From NCBI GenBank assembly GCA_002269645.1, contig NIVC01003832.1, forward strand, positions 10,590 through 74,589: 64,000 nt of DNA. The letters are read 5' to 3'. The notes beneath the pieces were generated by a model. That model ran no database searches, was not told the DNA's origin, and worked only from the letters and a program-made list of their open reading frames with translations. How positions within the stretch are numbered: position 1 is the first letter of the stretch; each line of letters opens with the position of its first letter. This stretch comes from Macrostomum lignano (lineage: Eukaryota). Below are positions 26,051 through 39,000 of this stretch, piece by piece. A program made the position numbers and the translations under genes.

Positions 26051-26689
26051 TGGGTGAGTGGCTCAGTGATTTATATTGCTGCTGACACATTAAAGCACCA
26101 GCATGATGAGGCTATAAACTGAGCAGTACTTGCCGATCCGTTGCTGCTGTTGCGGCTGCTGCATGCTGCCCAATCTTGCGGGACTTCCCAAACAGTTCCC
26201 TGTGTTTAGTCCATGCACGGTCAAGCCGTCAATTCTTCCTCTTTCAAACTATTTATACGTGAATTCACTTTTGCTGCGACGGACTTCATCTTGACTTGAA
26301 AATCAGCTGGCGACGCGGGCGGACAGGGGAAGCACCTGTCAGGACTCGTTCTCTTTGAAGGATTTGTGGCAGCAGCTGCAGCAGCAGCAGAAGCAGCAGA
26401 GCTTGGTTCGTCAAACGTCTGCATCACCCCAGGAACAGGGCGCAGGGAGGCTTTCCTTTTGTGTCTTCAATCAGCTCGCTTTGCTTAAGCTCGCCAGCCA
26501 TGCAATATGCCATAAGCCGGGCCCCCGCACCAGTCTCAGCTCAATCGTCATTGCGGATGGTAAAGCACTCGCGGTATCTTTGGCGACATTCTTAATTTAG
26601 AATATCAAAATCTGGACGGTTTGACTTTAAAGAAGAAAGCTTTTTACGGCATTACGGCCCTTTTTGCGAACCATTCAAACAAGAGCAAC

Positions 26690-27030
26690 TCAGTCTCAGC
26701 AACTCAGCCTCAACAACTCAGAAATCAGAAACTCAGCCTCAGCAAATGAGCCTCAGCAAATCAGCCTCAGCAAATCAGCCTCGGCAACCAGCCTCAGCAA
26801 CTCAGCCTCAGCAACTCAGCCTCAGCAACTCAGAAATCAGAAACTCAGCCTCAGCAAATGAGCCTCAGCAAATGAGCCTCAGCAAATCAGCCTCGGCAAC
26901 TCAGCCTCAGCAACTCAGCCTCAGCAACTCAGCCTCAGCAACTCAGAAATCAGAAACTCAGCCTCAGCCTCAGCAACTCAGCCTCAGCAACTCACCCCTA
27001 GCAACTCAGCCTCAGCAACTCAACCGCTAA
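26690..27030. repeat. (ctcagcaa/ctcagc)n composite repeat
   Basis: Direct reading. Confidence 0.88.
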
Positions 27031-28088
27031 CTCAAGCCACATTTTACAGTCGCAGCATCTCCAACATTCCAAAAGCAGAATTATCTAAGAATCATTTCGA
27101 CCAACCTTAGGGCCAAAGTGATTTAAAAGCTACTTAGCAACGATTAGGGCTCTGCCTTCTGCGCCAGACTAGTTCAGCCGCGTGAGGGCGCAGTGAAAGG
27201 TATTACTAATGTATTACGATGGTTTAATAGGCGCGCACAGATCAAGGTAGAAATTGATTGCTGCACGGGAGCCAAGCTGAGCTCCCGCGCATTTAGGCTA
27301 ATCGCTGAGAGACCCAAAAATTTATGCAGCTAAAGACAGACGCGAAGAGAAAGTGAACAACAAACTTCCTAAGAACCTTCAAGCCCCGAAGCCAGGCAGC
27401 TGACTCCGCCTGATAAACTCCTCTCAGCTGCCTTCCCCCGCTGAGAGGGAGGCAAACTGTGCCCCCCACAGAAGGTAAACTGAAGAAACTAAGAAAGATA
27501 GGCAGACGGAGACAGAACGAAAGGAGACACCGCGAGGATGTCGTCAAGCCTTTCGGATCTGGCTATCTTTGCCCCCGCTTTTCGAAGCCAGAACAGCCCC
27601 CAGAAAAAAGAACGGCGACAAAGTGGAACGGAGCGAGACAATTTCGCAGAAATGCTTGCACTTTTGACGGGTGAATTTTATAGAAACCACAGTAACCTTT
27701 TCCAGTCAACTTGTGAACTGAAAATTAGAGATAGATTTATGGCTGATCATTCTGATTAATCCTACCTTTTTTAAAGGCCAATCATACCATCATAGCTTAA
27801 GAGTATCTGAATGCAACACTTTTATTACAAATATAATTGATTCAGGAAGGAACAAAAGAATTTTTTCGCCTAATGCCACTTGTGGGCATTTGAAACTTTG
27901 AGCTTCTAAAGAAAGTAATATGAAAATGGAACTTTCATGACACAAATCAACTGTATTAAATACAACAGAGTAACAGGTAGTGCTAGCGAAATTAAAAGAA
28001 TTGTTATCTTCACTGCTCCAGATCAATTAATGTAATAATTATCTACGCAGTGTATCTTTTCTAGCTTACAGTTTTAAATTATGTTATA

Positions 28089-29323
28089 CTACAGTGGTCC
28101 TTGTGAATGGCTACAGTGGTCCTTGTGAATGGCTACAGTGGTCCTTGTGAATGGCTACAGTGGTCCTTGTGAATGGCTACAGTGGTCCTTGTGAATGGCT
28201 ACAGTGGTCCTTGTGAATGGCTACAGTGGTCCTTGTGAATGGCTACAGTGGTCCTTGTGAATGGCTACAGTGGTCCTTGTGAATGGCTACAGTGGTCCTT
28301 GTGAATGGCTACAGTGGTCCTTGTGAATGGCTACAGTGGTCCTTGTGAATGGCTACAGTGGTCCTTGTGAATGGCTACAGTGGTCCTTGTGAATGGCTAC
28401 AGTGGTCCTTGTGAATGGCTACAGTGGTCCTTGTGAATGGCTACAGTGGTCCTTGTGAATGGCTACAGTGGTCCTTGCAAATGGCTACAGTGGTCCTTGC
28501 GAATGGCTACAGTGGTCCTTGTGAATGGCTACAGTGGTCCTTGTGAATGGCTACAGTGGTCCTTGTGAATGGCTACAGTGGTCCTTGTGAATGGCTACAG
28601 TGGTCCTTGTGAATGGCTACAGTGGTCCTTGTGAATGGCTACAGTGGTCCTTGTGAATGGCTACAGTGGTCCTTGTGAATGGCTACAGTGGTCCTTGTGA
28701 ATGGCTACAGTGGTCCTTGTGAATGGCTACAGTGGTCCTTGTGAATGGCTACAGTGGTCCTTGTGAATGGCTACAGTGGTCCTTGTGAATGGCTACAGTG
28801 GTCCTTGTGAATGGCTACAGTGGTCCTTGTGAATGGCTACAGTGGTCCTTGCAAATGGCTACAGTGGTCCTTGCGAATGGCTACAGTGGTCCTTGTGAAT
28901 GGCTACAGTGGTCCTTGTGAATGGCTACAGTGGTCCTTGTGAATGGCTACAGTGGTCCTTGTGAATGGCTACAGTGGTCCTTGTGAATGGCTACAGTGGT
29001 CCTTGTGAATGGCTACAATGGTCCTTGTGAATGGCTACAGTGGTCCTTGTGAATGGCTACAGTGGTCCTTGTGAATGGCTACAGTGGTCCTTGTGAATGG
29101 CTACAGTGGTCCTTGTGAATGGCTACAGTGGTCCTTGTGAATGGCTACAGTGGTCCTTGTGAATGGCTACAATGGTCCTTGTGAATGGCTACAGTGGTCC
29201 TTGTGAATGGCTACAGTGGTCCTTGTGAATGGCTACAGTGGTCCTTGTGAATGGCTACAGTGGTCCTTGTGAATGGCTACAGTGGTCCTTGTGAATGGCT
29301 ACAATGGTCCTTGTGAATGGCTA
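28089..29323. repeat. Homogeneous minisatellite, 22-nt unit (ctacagtggtccttgtgaatgg) x56
   Basis: 28089-29320 = 1232 nt = 56 x 22. Confidence 0.96.
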
Positions 29324-32200
29324 GGTGTGGTGTAATTGCAAGTTTTTTTGACATCCGAACTCTTCAGAACTCAGTTATAACTATCGGTGCCCAGAAGCTC
29401 GATTAGGCTGACGAAACAGCAAGCATCACGCCACTCACGATAGTCGCAGATGTCCTTGTCGTCCATCGGCTTCATTCCGAGTTCAGTTGGCGGTCGCTGC
29501 AGCTGTGAATTGCTGCAACCGGGCGGGACGAAATGTCTGCGCAAAGCTCGGATCCTCTTTTTAATCGTAATAGCTATCGAAACTTTCCCACTGCCTCATT
29601 CCCCCCAACTGGTGGTTTTTGTAGGGCCGGGCGGGAAGAGTGGCATGGAGCCTTCTTCAATTGGCTGGCCAAGGTCTGAGGCTTTCCCGGCCAATCTATC
29701 TATAGCTTGGATTTGCAGAGGGGGAGGGCTGCCAGTGCCCAGTGGTTTCAGCTTAGCCTGCCGTCTGCGCCCCCCTCCACCCCCAGACTCCTGAGGATGA
29801 GGATCAGGCTTAGACAATCGTAATGCATCCTGGCAGAGAGGCGCGCCAAAGGGAGAAGGCACGGGCAAGTTCGGGGGTTGGTATCTATGGCACGGCGATA
29901 AGGAAAGACAGCTGCTGCTGGGGTGGACCGCCTCGCGCGTGCAAAAACTTTTGAAAGGAAAACTATAAGGCAAGTATCTCCCCTTGGGTTACCAGAATCT
30001 CTACCCATGCAGTTATAGTACAGCAGTAGCGGCGTAACGTTATAAATCATTAAACTCGCTCTCTCCCATTCGCGTTTTGATGCGTTTATATGGTCCAGAT
30101 GGCAAACCTAATGTGTAGTGTTCCACTTACAGTATGTGTGCGTGTGTGTGTGTGCAACCCATGCAACAGCCGGAACCTCAAATACCGCTGCAATTCATAA
30201 TGTTTACTGCACTATGATTTGGCCGAAGCGTTTGCAGCAAGCTTTAATCCTGAATTGTCACTCGATACGCACACAGGATATTTGCATGCGCCACGTGGTC
30301 AGAAAGAACTTTCAGCTCCAAGTCAGAAAGATTGTTTAAGCAGACATAAACGTTGTTTGCTCGGTAATGCCACTTTTAGTGTTGCCAGGATTTTCCGGGA
30401 TTATGGTTCTGTTGCTGTGAGCAGGCACATGAGTTAGTAATTGGACCACGAAGTTTAACATGCATGTATATGTCAAGTACTGCAGCTTCTTGAAATATAT
30501 ACATGCATGTACGAGGATCACAAGTATAGAAAAAGACAAGAATTTTTACTTAAGTCTTGTTTGCAGGTGGCCTTAAAGTTCTCTGAGCTCTGCTCGCACA
30601 TGTATTATACTCGTGCAGACCCCAATCTGGCCCAATTCGCAAGATAAGTTAACAATTTTTTATTATATAAGCTACATTAATGCTAAAAACACCAAATAGA
30701 GCATTTTGTAGCCTTCTGTATCGCTGGAAAACAAATTTAAGCATGTGTGTTTAATTTAATATTGCTTCACACAATTGTTTCTATTATCTGGCATGAAATA
30801 AAAATTGAAACCTCGAAATTGTCGTTATTGTGAAATTCAGTTGTGAATACCCACTGCACTATACTATGCCAGCTATGTAGGATATTATAGGAGCTTCTTT
30901 GAATGCTCGGCTTTTCAATTAAGTGATTATATTTAATTATTATTTTAAATTTTATATTTCTGTATGTACATTTAGCGTGGTGCAATAATGTACATGCATA
31001 CACATTTATGAACAATTCGAACATTATACTGCTACTCCGTCACTATACATGTATACTCCCTTCACATGCTTATACCTTTTTCTCCAGCTGAAGTGCTCTA
31101 TTTGTATGCAATCATAATAGCATTCGCCATTGGCAGTACTGTAATAATTTATCTTACAAATGCACCGTTTTTGTCGAATCAGCTGCTGTATATTGAGCTT
31201 TAATGAGAATTGCACCCGACGAATCAGTGTGGTTTTCTTTAGGCAGCGTTCCATCTAATGTTCCATCTAATGTGTACATACACGTACATACATGTACATG
31301 CACAAAAAACTTTCGCAACTTGGGGTTAAAAGGGAAGTAGTTCAAAATATACAATAGCTCATTCTCGTCGCTGAAAATTGATATTTTGCGTGTGGTACAT
31401 TTCCACTTTTAGTTCCGGCTAGAAAACTGGGTAAAAAAACAAAAAATACCAACAATAATGATCAAAAGTAGTTAAACACAAGTATTATTTACAATAACGC
31501 TTTCATAAATTGATTTTAATTGCTTCCAATATTATAAAATGTAGTAATTTCTATTCTTAAGAATTCTTTTAAAAACAAAAAGAAAAACAAACTTCTAAGA
31601 AACGATCCGAATGAACTTTTACAGTACTCGGTATATATACAGACAGTACACTAACACTAACTAATGAGTCAATGACTTACATTTGCCTGCCTGCATGGCA
31701 GTGTGCGTGCCTGCTGCCTCTTTCCATATCATTGTATCACGTGTGCGTGTGTTATGAAATCGAACTGTTGTCTAGGAACTAATACTTGCCTTGTTTAAGG
31801 AGGCCTAGTGTATATCACTTGATTTGGGCTATGTTATAATGAATATTGATAATGAGTGTTCTGGCTTTGGCTTATAGTTTTTTCCCAAGATGAAAATCCT
31901 AGCTATGTCTATGCCACTAGAAAAATTCAGAATTGTGTATATGATGATTAATTGATTAAAGCATAAAATTAAACTTAAAAATTAAATGCTTATGTTATAA
32001 GACCTAATCCTAATGCACAAATTTTGTTTCCTCAAAAAACATTTTTGTAGGTCTATTCAAGAAGTTCTAAAAAATTATATTACCTAATAAGTATTGACAT
32101 TATATTTAAGCCTCCAAATTACAAAAAGAAATTCTAACACTTTTTGATTAGAACATAGCATCATAAGGCTAAGCTACTATAATAGTAAGAGTATGCTATG

Positions 32201-33183
32201 CAATGATAGGCACCACTGAATTTATTTTTAGCACCGCTAATTAGTGCTGTCGCTAACTGATAGAAGAAAAAATTTGTGATCGCTAATAGTAGGCACTATT
32301 TCTACTTTGAATTTAGTGCAATTAGTGCCACTAATTTTGAAATGCACTAATTAATAAATATATTTAATATAAACTGCTATTTCATACATATTTATGGCTA
32401 TGCATTTTTGCATATTTTTAACTCACACATTTTAAATGAATAAGCTAATAATGCTATTGCTTAAAATTTGTTTTATTATTAATCCTAATAAAAAATCCTT
32501 AGGCCACTAAACTGTCAGAGCAATAGTTGGTAGAAAGAGTTCCTAAATTACAATGCTGTTTGCCTTAAAAGATGTCAAGGGCCCTTGCTAATGGGGCTAT
32601 GGCCTTCTTATACTTGAGAAAAAAGGCAAGATCATTAGCTTGAAATGGTGGTATAGGATTTATTAACCCCACTACCACCTTGTTGATATAGCCGATTGCT
32701 TCACATCATTGCTTAGAATATCAACTGATTTGGATGTTGAATTCTTTGATCAAATTATTAAATTAAATTAAATTAATCAACAACTTTTTGCTAACAAATT
32801 AAAAGTAGTAAGAAAATTTTAAAAAGTCAATGACAAAAATACAATTAATTGTTTATAACAAAAGTGAAAAAAGAAATTCAAATTTTGTTATGCATTTCTA
32901 AGAAAATTAGAAACATATTAAAGATTTAGTATTATATGGATTTGCGTAATCTTTATCTTATTACTAAAATAAGGTCTCATTTTAAGTATTAAACAGTCAT
33001 TAACCGTCTAGTTTTATAGCAAAAAAATAAATTTAGTGCAATTAGTGATTTTGAAAAAATATTAGTGGCGCTTTGATAGTGTGCGCTAATTGGAATTTCA
33101 ATTTAGCAGAATTAGTGGCACTAACAAAACATTAGCAGCGCTTTAGTGGTATTCAAATTTAGTGGCGCTAGTGCCCATCACTG
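32201..33183. mobile_element. Degenerate non-autonomous hAT-type element
   Basis: Imperfect TIRs caatgataggcac / gtgcccatcactg; flanks atgctatg / atgctata (7 of 8, TSD); subterminal tagtg/cacta-rich repeats. Confidence 0.65.
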
Positions 33184-34082
33184 ATGCTATATATGCTAAA
33201 TTAAAAGAATAATCATTTTAAGTGGTGTAAAAGTGTAAAGGTAATAAACATTTTTTACATGTCCTTAGTACCCCCCTTAGCTAGGCTTATACCTCTGTTC
33301 ATTGCCTTAGATTCAATACAATGATTGATTAGGCCATAGTTCAGAAAGCAATATGTATGCCAGGATCCTGGCATACAACAAGGGTCTTAGCATTGTTTAA
33401 CATATAAAAGTATATTCCATTGTACACGACATAGTAGATACATGATGTCAAATGCCAATTTTTTATATTGGCATACAAACCTGGTATACAAACAAGGTCT
33501 CATCATTTTTTCTAGCATTAAACCCAGTGTACACTAATATATGATCCAAACTATGGTGATTAGGCCTATGTGTATCTTAAAGAATGATTTTTCTTATCTT
33601 TTTAATATGCTTTTATCTAAGAAAGAACTATATAGACTAGGACTATAAAGATTATTAATATAATTATAAGTAACAGAAGTCATATTATGTTTTAAATTTA
33701 AAGATAGAAATTTAAAGATTTCTAATTTTCAAAATATTTTAAGATTTCATAATCATCCTATAAAAAATCTTTTTTATAATCAGATTACCATAGTTTGGAA
33801 GGCAATATGTATGCTGGGATTTCTTGGCATATAACAAGGGTCTTACTATTTTTTTAGCATATATTAAGGTATATCTTGGCACCCTATAGGAAAAAGTTGT
33901 AAAACTGCGGACAGTGTCCGGTGCACTTTTGGAATTTTTCTAAAGCGCAGCACGCGCACAGGCGCAGCGCCTGCGCACGCGCTGCCCTTTCTTACTGGCT
34001 GCTGCTTTAGCAAATATATATATAAGGAAATGGGTATAATACCTCTGTGGAAGGGGCTTATGCACTCATAATTTATTAAGCT

Positions 34083-34393
34083 TAGAGATGTTCCAAAAAT
34101 TCAATTTTAATTTTCTAAAATTTGAATTTTTTTAGAGCAAATTTCAATTTTGAAAAAAATTTAGAAGTGAAAATTTTGGTAGTGTCTAAAAATTCGCTAA
34201 AAATAAACTAATTTCTACTACATATGCATGTATTACTTTTTGCTTAAGCAGTAAATTGAAAGTGAAAAAGTGAGTGTTGATCATACTAAACTTTATTTTT
34301 CTGAATTATGATTTTGGGAAATTTTAATTTTGATTTTGGAAAGTTAGCAAATTTTGATTTTGACAAAACTGCAGATCTTTTGGAACATCTCTA
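34083..34393. mobile_element. Small MITE, hAT-like termini
   Basis: 16-nt TIR tagagatgttccaaaa / ttttggaacatctcta; flanks match only 5 of 8. Confidence 0.5.
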
Positions 34394-35614
34394 ATAATCC
34401 TAAAGCGCGGTAAAATAGTTTGACTCTTTTCTAAAGCGCACATCCACAGGTTTTCAACATTTATTCCAATAGGGTCCTAGCATATATAACACAGTAGATA
34501 CATTGTGTCAAATGACAATTTTTTGTATTTGTGCACAAACCCAGCATACAAACAAGGTCTTGTCATTTTTTCTGGCATTAAACCCAGCATATACTAATAT
34601 ATAATCTGAACTATGGTCTTATTAAAGATCTAATTAAGTCTTTTATAAACTTTCAAATTTAACAATGTTTTTTTGTCTTTCTATTACATCTTATTTGCCT
34701 AAATAAAAAAGTAGTTTATTTTTCAAAGTTAGTCAAGTAACATAAAAAAAAGTTACAAATATTTTTTAGCTTTGTTATTTTTGTAGACAGTATTATAAAG
34801 TTTTTGCTATTTTGGTTTTATTAGATTTATTCTTATCAATAAACTGAAGATAAGAAGGCTAAAAATGACATATTGATATTGATAGAAATTGTCTAAGAAA
34901 ATAGTTATAATTATATTAATAAGACAAAATACTTATAAAAAGCCTAGTTTTAGGCAAAAATAATCACAATGTCCAATAGTCAAAATATTTTAGGCCTACA
35001 AAAATAATTAAAAATTAGGTTTATGGGCACATTTTCACAATTTTTTGTTTTAGCTAGTAGTATTCCACCATAGCTATGGCTAAGGCTATGGGATCCTATG
35101 GCAAATATGGTCAAATAGGTGCCTATAGCAGCTACAGATATAGGTTAACTAAATAACTTATTAAGTTGTAGAGGGTTTTTTGCAATGTAAATTTGAGGGC
35201 TCTAAACATGTTCTATGATTGTGCCATTTGTTACAATAGGGCTTCATGGAAAGTACTTATTTTGCCAAAAAATATCTTGTTTCCAGTAAAATTGATTACA
35301 ATTTAAAATACTTTTTTGTGCAGATAATTTATCCTCAAAGAAACTGAGATTTCCCCATCATATACATTTCAATTTGGCAGTAAAAAAACAGAGAAATCTA
35401 CAAAAACTAGCAAAAGTGCATATCAATGTCCCAAGGTCATTAAACAGTTTATTTTAAGCTAGGAAACCATTTTTTACCAATAAAAGTATTTGAAGTCAAG
35501 CTATTCCCAACTTTCCCAAAAGGTGTCTATCTTGACGTTTTATGCCAAAAGCTCAAACAAATCTACCCAAAATTTCAACCCTCTGCACTGATTCAGCTAC
35601 AGCAGAGCAAAGAA

Positions 35615-36043
35615 ATGGGCACATTCTTAGGCCACCTGCTGCCTGGCGCATTCTTCCTGCTATTTGCGCTGTGGTGGCTCTACTCCGTGCTCAGCCGTTA
35701 CTACAGGGCTAAGTACAGGCGGGGCCCAGCCTACCGGTCCACTGTAGTTTATCCCTGCTGCTGCTGCTGCGTCCGTCTGCCCTTAGAGGGCTTTATAAAA
35801 ATGATCTGCTGCGGCATCGGCTTTACAGCCGAGCTCGTAACTGCATTTGAAAATCGCCAATTCACCTTCTTTGGCAATGGGCAGCACGCCACCATGTACG
35901 CCTGCTTTGCCATGTCGGGCTTAGTTGACATCCTGGCGCATTGCAAAGCTCCACTGCCGCCTGGCACAGACTATGCAGTCTGCCTGATGGCCTTCTGCGT
36001 AGAGGCCATCCTGTTCACCTTCCATCTGCACGGCCGCACTCAG
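35615..36043 (+). CDS. TMEM45: TMEM45 exon 1 (143 codons)
   Basis: ATG 35615; CAG|gttaga donor. Confidence 0.92.
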
Positions 36044-39000
36044 GTTAGATGTCGGGCATTTTGTAGTTTTAAACACTATGAGTGTTCGTGTCCTGACACC
36101 AAGAAACATGAACTTCATAAACCATAAATTTGACAATGTCAGACTACACTTAAGCCTTCAGAAACCATAAATTTGACAATGTCAGACTACACTTAAGCCT
36201 TCAGAAACCATAAATTTGACAATGTCAGACTACACTTAAGCCTTCAGAAACCATGAATTTGACAATGTCAGACTAAACTTAAGCCTTCAGAAACCATAAA
36301 TTTGACAATGTCAGACTACACTTAAGCCTTCAGAAACCATGAATTTGACAATGTCAGACTACACTTAAGCCTTCAGAAACCATGAATTTGACAATGTCAG
36401 ACTACACTTAAGCCTTCAGAAACCATAAATTTGACAATGTCAGACTACACTTAAGCCTTCAGAAACCATAAATTTGACAATGTCAGGCTACACTTAAGCC
36501 TTCAGAAACCATAAATTTGACAATGTCAGACTACACTTAAGCCTTCATAAACCATGAATTTGACAATGTCAGACTACACTTGAGCCTTCAGAAACCATAA
36601 ATTCGACAATGTCAGACTACACTTAAGCCTTCATAAACCATGAATTTGACAATGTCAGACTACACTTAAGCCTTCAGAAACCATAAATTTGACAATGTCA
36701 GGCTACACTTAAGCCTTCAGAAACCATAAATTTGACAATGTCAGACTACACTTAAGCCTTCATAAACCATGAATTTGACAATGTCAGACTACACTTAAGC
36801 CTTCAGAAACCATGAATTCGACAATGTAAGACTACACTTAAGCCTTCAGAAACCATGAATTTGACAATGTCAGACTACACTTAAGCCTTCAGAAACCATG
36901 AATTTGACAATGTCAGACTACACTTAAGCCTTCAGAAACCATGAATTTGACAATGTCAGACTACACTTAAGCCTTCAGAAACCATAAATTCGACAATGTC
37001 AGACTACACTTAAGCCTTCAGAAACCATAAATTTGACAATGTCAGACTACACTTAAGCCTTCAGAAACCATAAATTCGACAATGTCAGACTACACTTGAG
37101 CCTTCAGAAACCATAAATTTGACAATGTCAGACCAGTGGCGTAGCCAGGAATTTCAATTGGGGACGGGGCCGGGTTGGTCTGGCTGGCCATGCCTTATGC
37201 CATTGCCACTTTTGGCGCCGCAGGTGCTCATTTTGGCGCCGCAGGCACCCATTTGGCGCCACAGGCTCTCATTTTGGCGCCGCAGGCACTCATTTGGCGC
37301 AACAGGCACTCATTTTGGCGCCGCAGGCACTCATTTGGCGCCGCAGGCACTCATTTTGGCGCCGCAGGCACTCATTTGGCTCCACAGGCACTCATTTTTG
37401 CGCCGCAGGCACTCATTTGGCGCAACAGGCACTCATTTTGGCGCCGCAGGCACTCATTTGGCGCAACAGGCACTCATTTTGGCGCCGCAGGCACTCATTT
37501 GGCGCCACAGGCACTCATTTGGCGCCACAGGCACTCATTTTGGCGCCGCAGGCACTCATTTGGCGTCACAGGCACTCATTTTGGCGCCGCAGGCACTCAT
37601 TTGGCGCCACAGGCACTCATTTTGGCGCCGCGGAACTCAATTGCCTCCTGGTTTTTGGTATCCGCCGCGCCCAACCCCACCCCCCAGGCGATTTGGGGGG
37701 GCCTCGGCCCCCCGCCCCCCCCCTGGCTACGCCACTGTGTCAGACTACACTAAGCCTTCATAAACCATAAATTTGACAATGTCAGACTACACTAAGCAGA
37801 TAGAAGACTTCATACAGCCAATTAATAATTTTCATCTCCGCGAAAGGAATCTGAACAGAGTGAGAACTTGAATCCATCTATAATTTAAAGGTAAATATCA
37901 ACATGAAGTATTATTTGAGTTGCCGATGCATTTCGTCCATTTGCATTAGGACATCGTCAGGGTCTTTTTATTGAGAAACAATTTGAACGAATATTCAGTA
38001 TATATAGATAGTTGAGAGTAACAAGAGTAGTTGAATTGAGTTTTTAATTGATGGTTTAAAACTTGTACATAGTAATCAATTTTTGATACAGTATTGGTTG
38101 GGTAAAGTGCATATCAGTTTCAAGCCAGTCCGGTCATTGACAAATCAGCTAAAAAATTCTGAGTTGACGGCTAGCCCCACCCATCGCAAGTTGGTTATTT
38201 AACGTGGGCTGTTTGGTCTTAATGTACAGGGCTTCTAATAGGCAGAGCATGTGATCTCTATTACAAAAATCAATAGCCTTTATCATTTCGTGTGGTTCAG
38301 CCTCACAACAAGAATTGCAGGTTAGCAGGTGTTCGTTAATAGCAGAGTTTTTTAGCCAGTGCTCTCTGACCCTCGTGTATAAGTGTCGTTTAGTTTTTCC
38401 TATGTAGGAGATGCTCTGGTCCTCAGAGCAAACAAATTTATACACGACACCAGCCGCGAGAGGACGTGGAACACTGGATTTCAACTTGCAGACAAACTTA
38501 GCAATCTTTTCGGTGCGAAACACAACACGGATTTGAGTGTTTAAGTCTTTACGGAGCAGCTTTTCTAACTTCTTTTTAAACTCTATAGAACAAACACCAA
38601 AGTAAGGCAAAGTGATCAAGGGACATTCAGAGGTGGAATCACGAACTTTCATCCGATTAGGTTCAGTCAGTTTGTCATTGAGAAAAGAGTTGACAATTTT
38701 CATCACAAAGTTCTTAGGATAGCCATTGTAGCTGAGCAGATTGGTGAGGATTTCAACTTCGTTGTGGAAAAGTCTCCAAGAGCTGCAAGTGGAAAAAGCC
38801 CGGTGAAGAAAGCAACGAATCAATCCGGTTTTCCATTGTCTAGGGCACAAGGCGTCAAACCTAAGCATAAGCCCGGTAAAGCTAGGTTTCCTATACACGC
38901 TGGTCGAAATAGTTTCATCGGTGGCGTCAACGTCAATGTCTAAGAAAGGAAGTCTCCTGCCTCCCCCCTCCGCCGTGAATTTGATATTCTCATGAGTAGA

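Noticed and set aside
26221-26427. 68-aa minus-strand ORF with a poly-Ala run
   Set aside because: No splice link or homology; driven by a CAG/GCA repeat.
35163-35590. Possible MITE just upstream of the TMEM45 ATG (gtagagggtt / aaccctctgcac)
   Set aside because: TIR match too short and imperfect, and no TSD.
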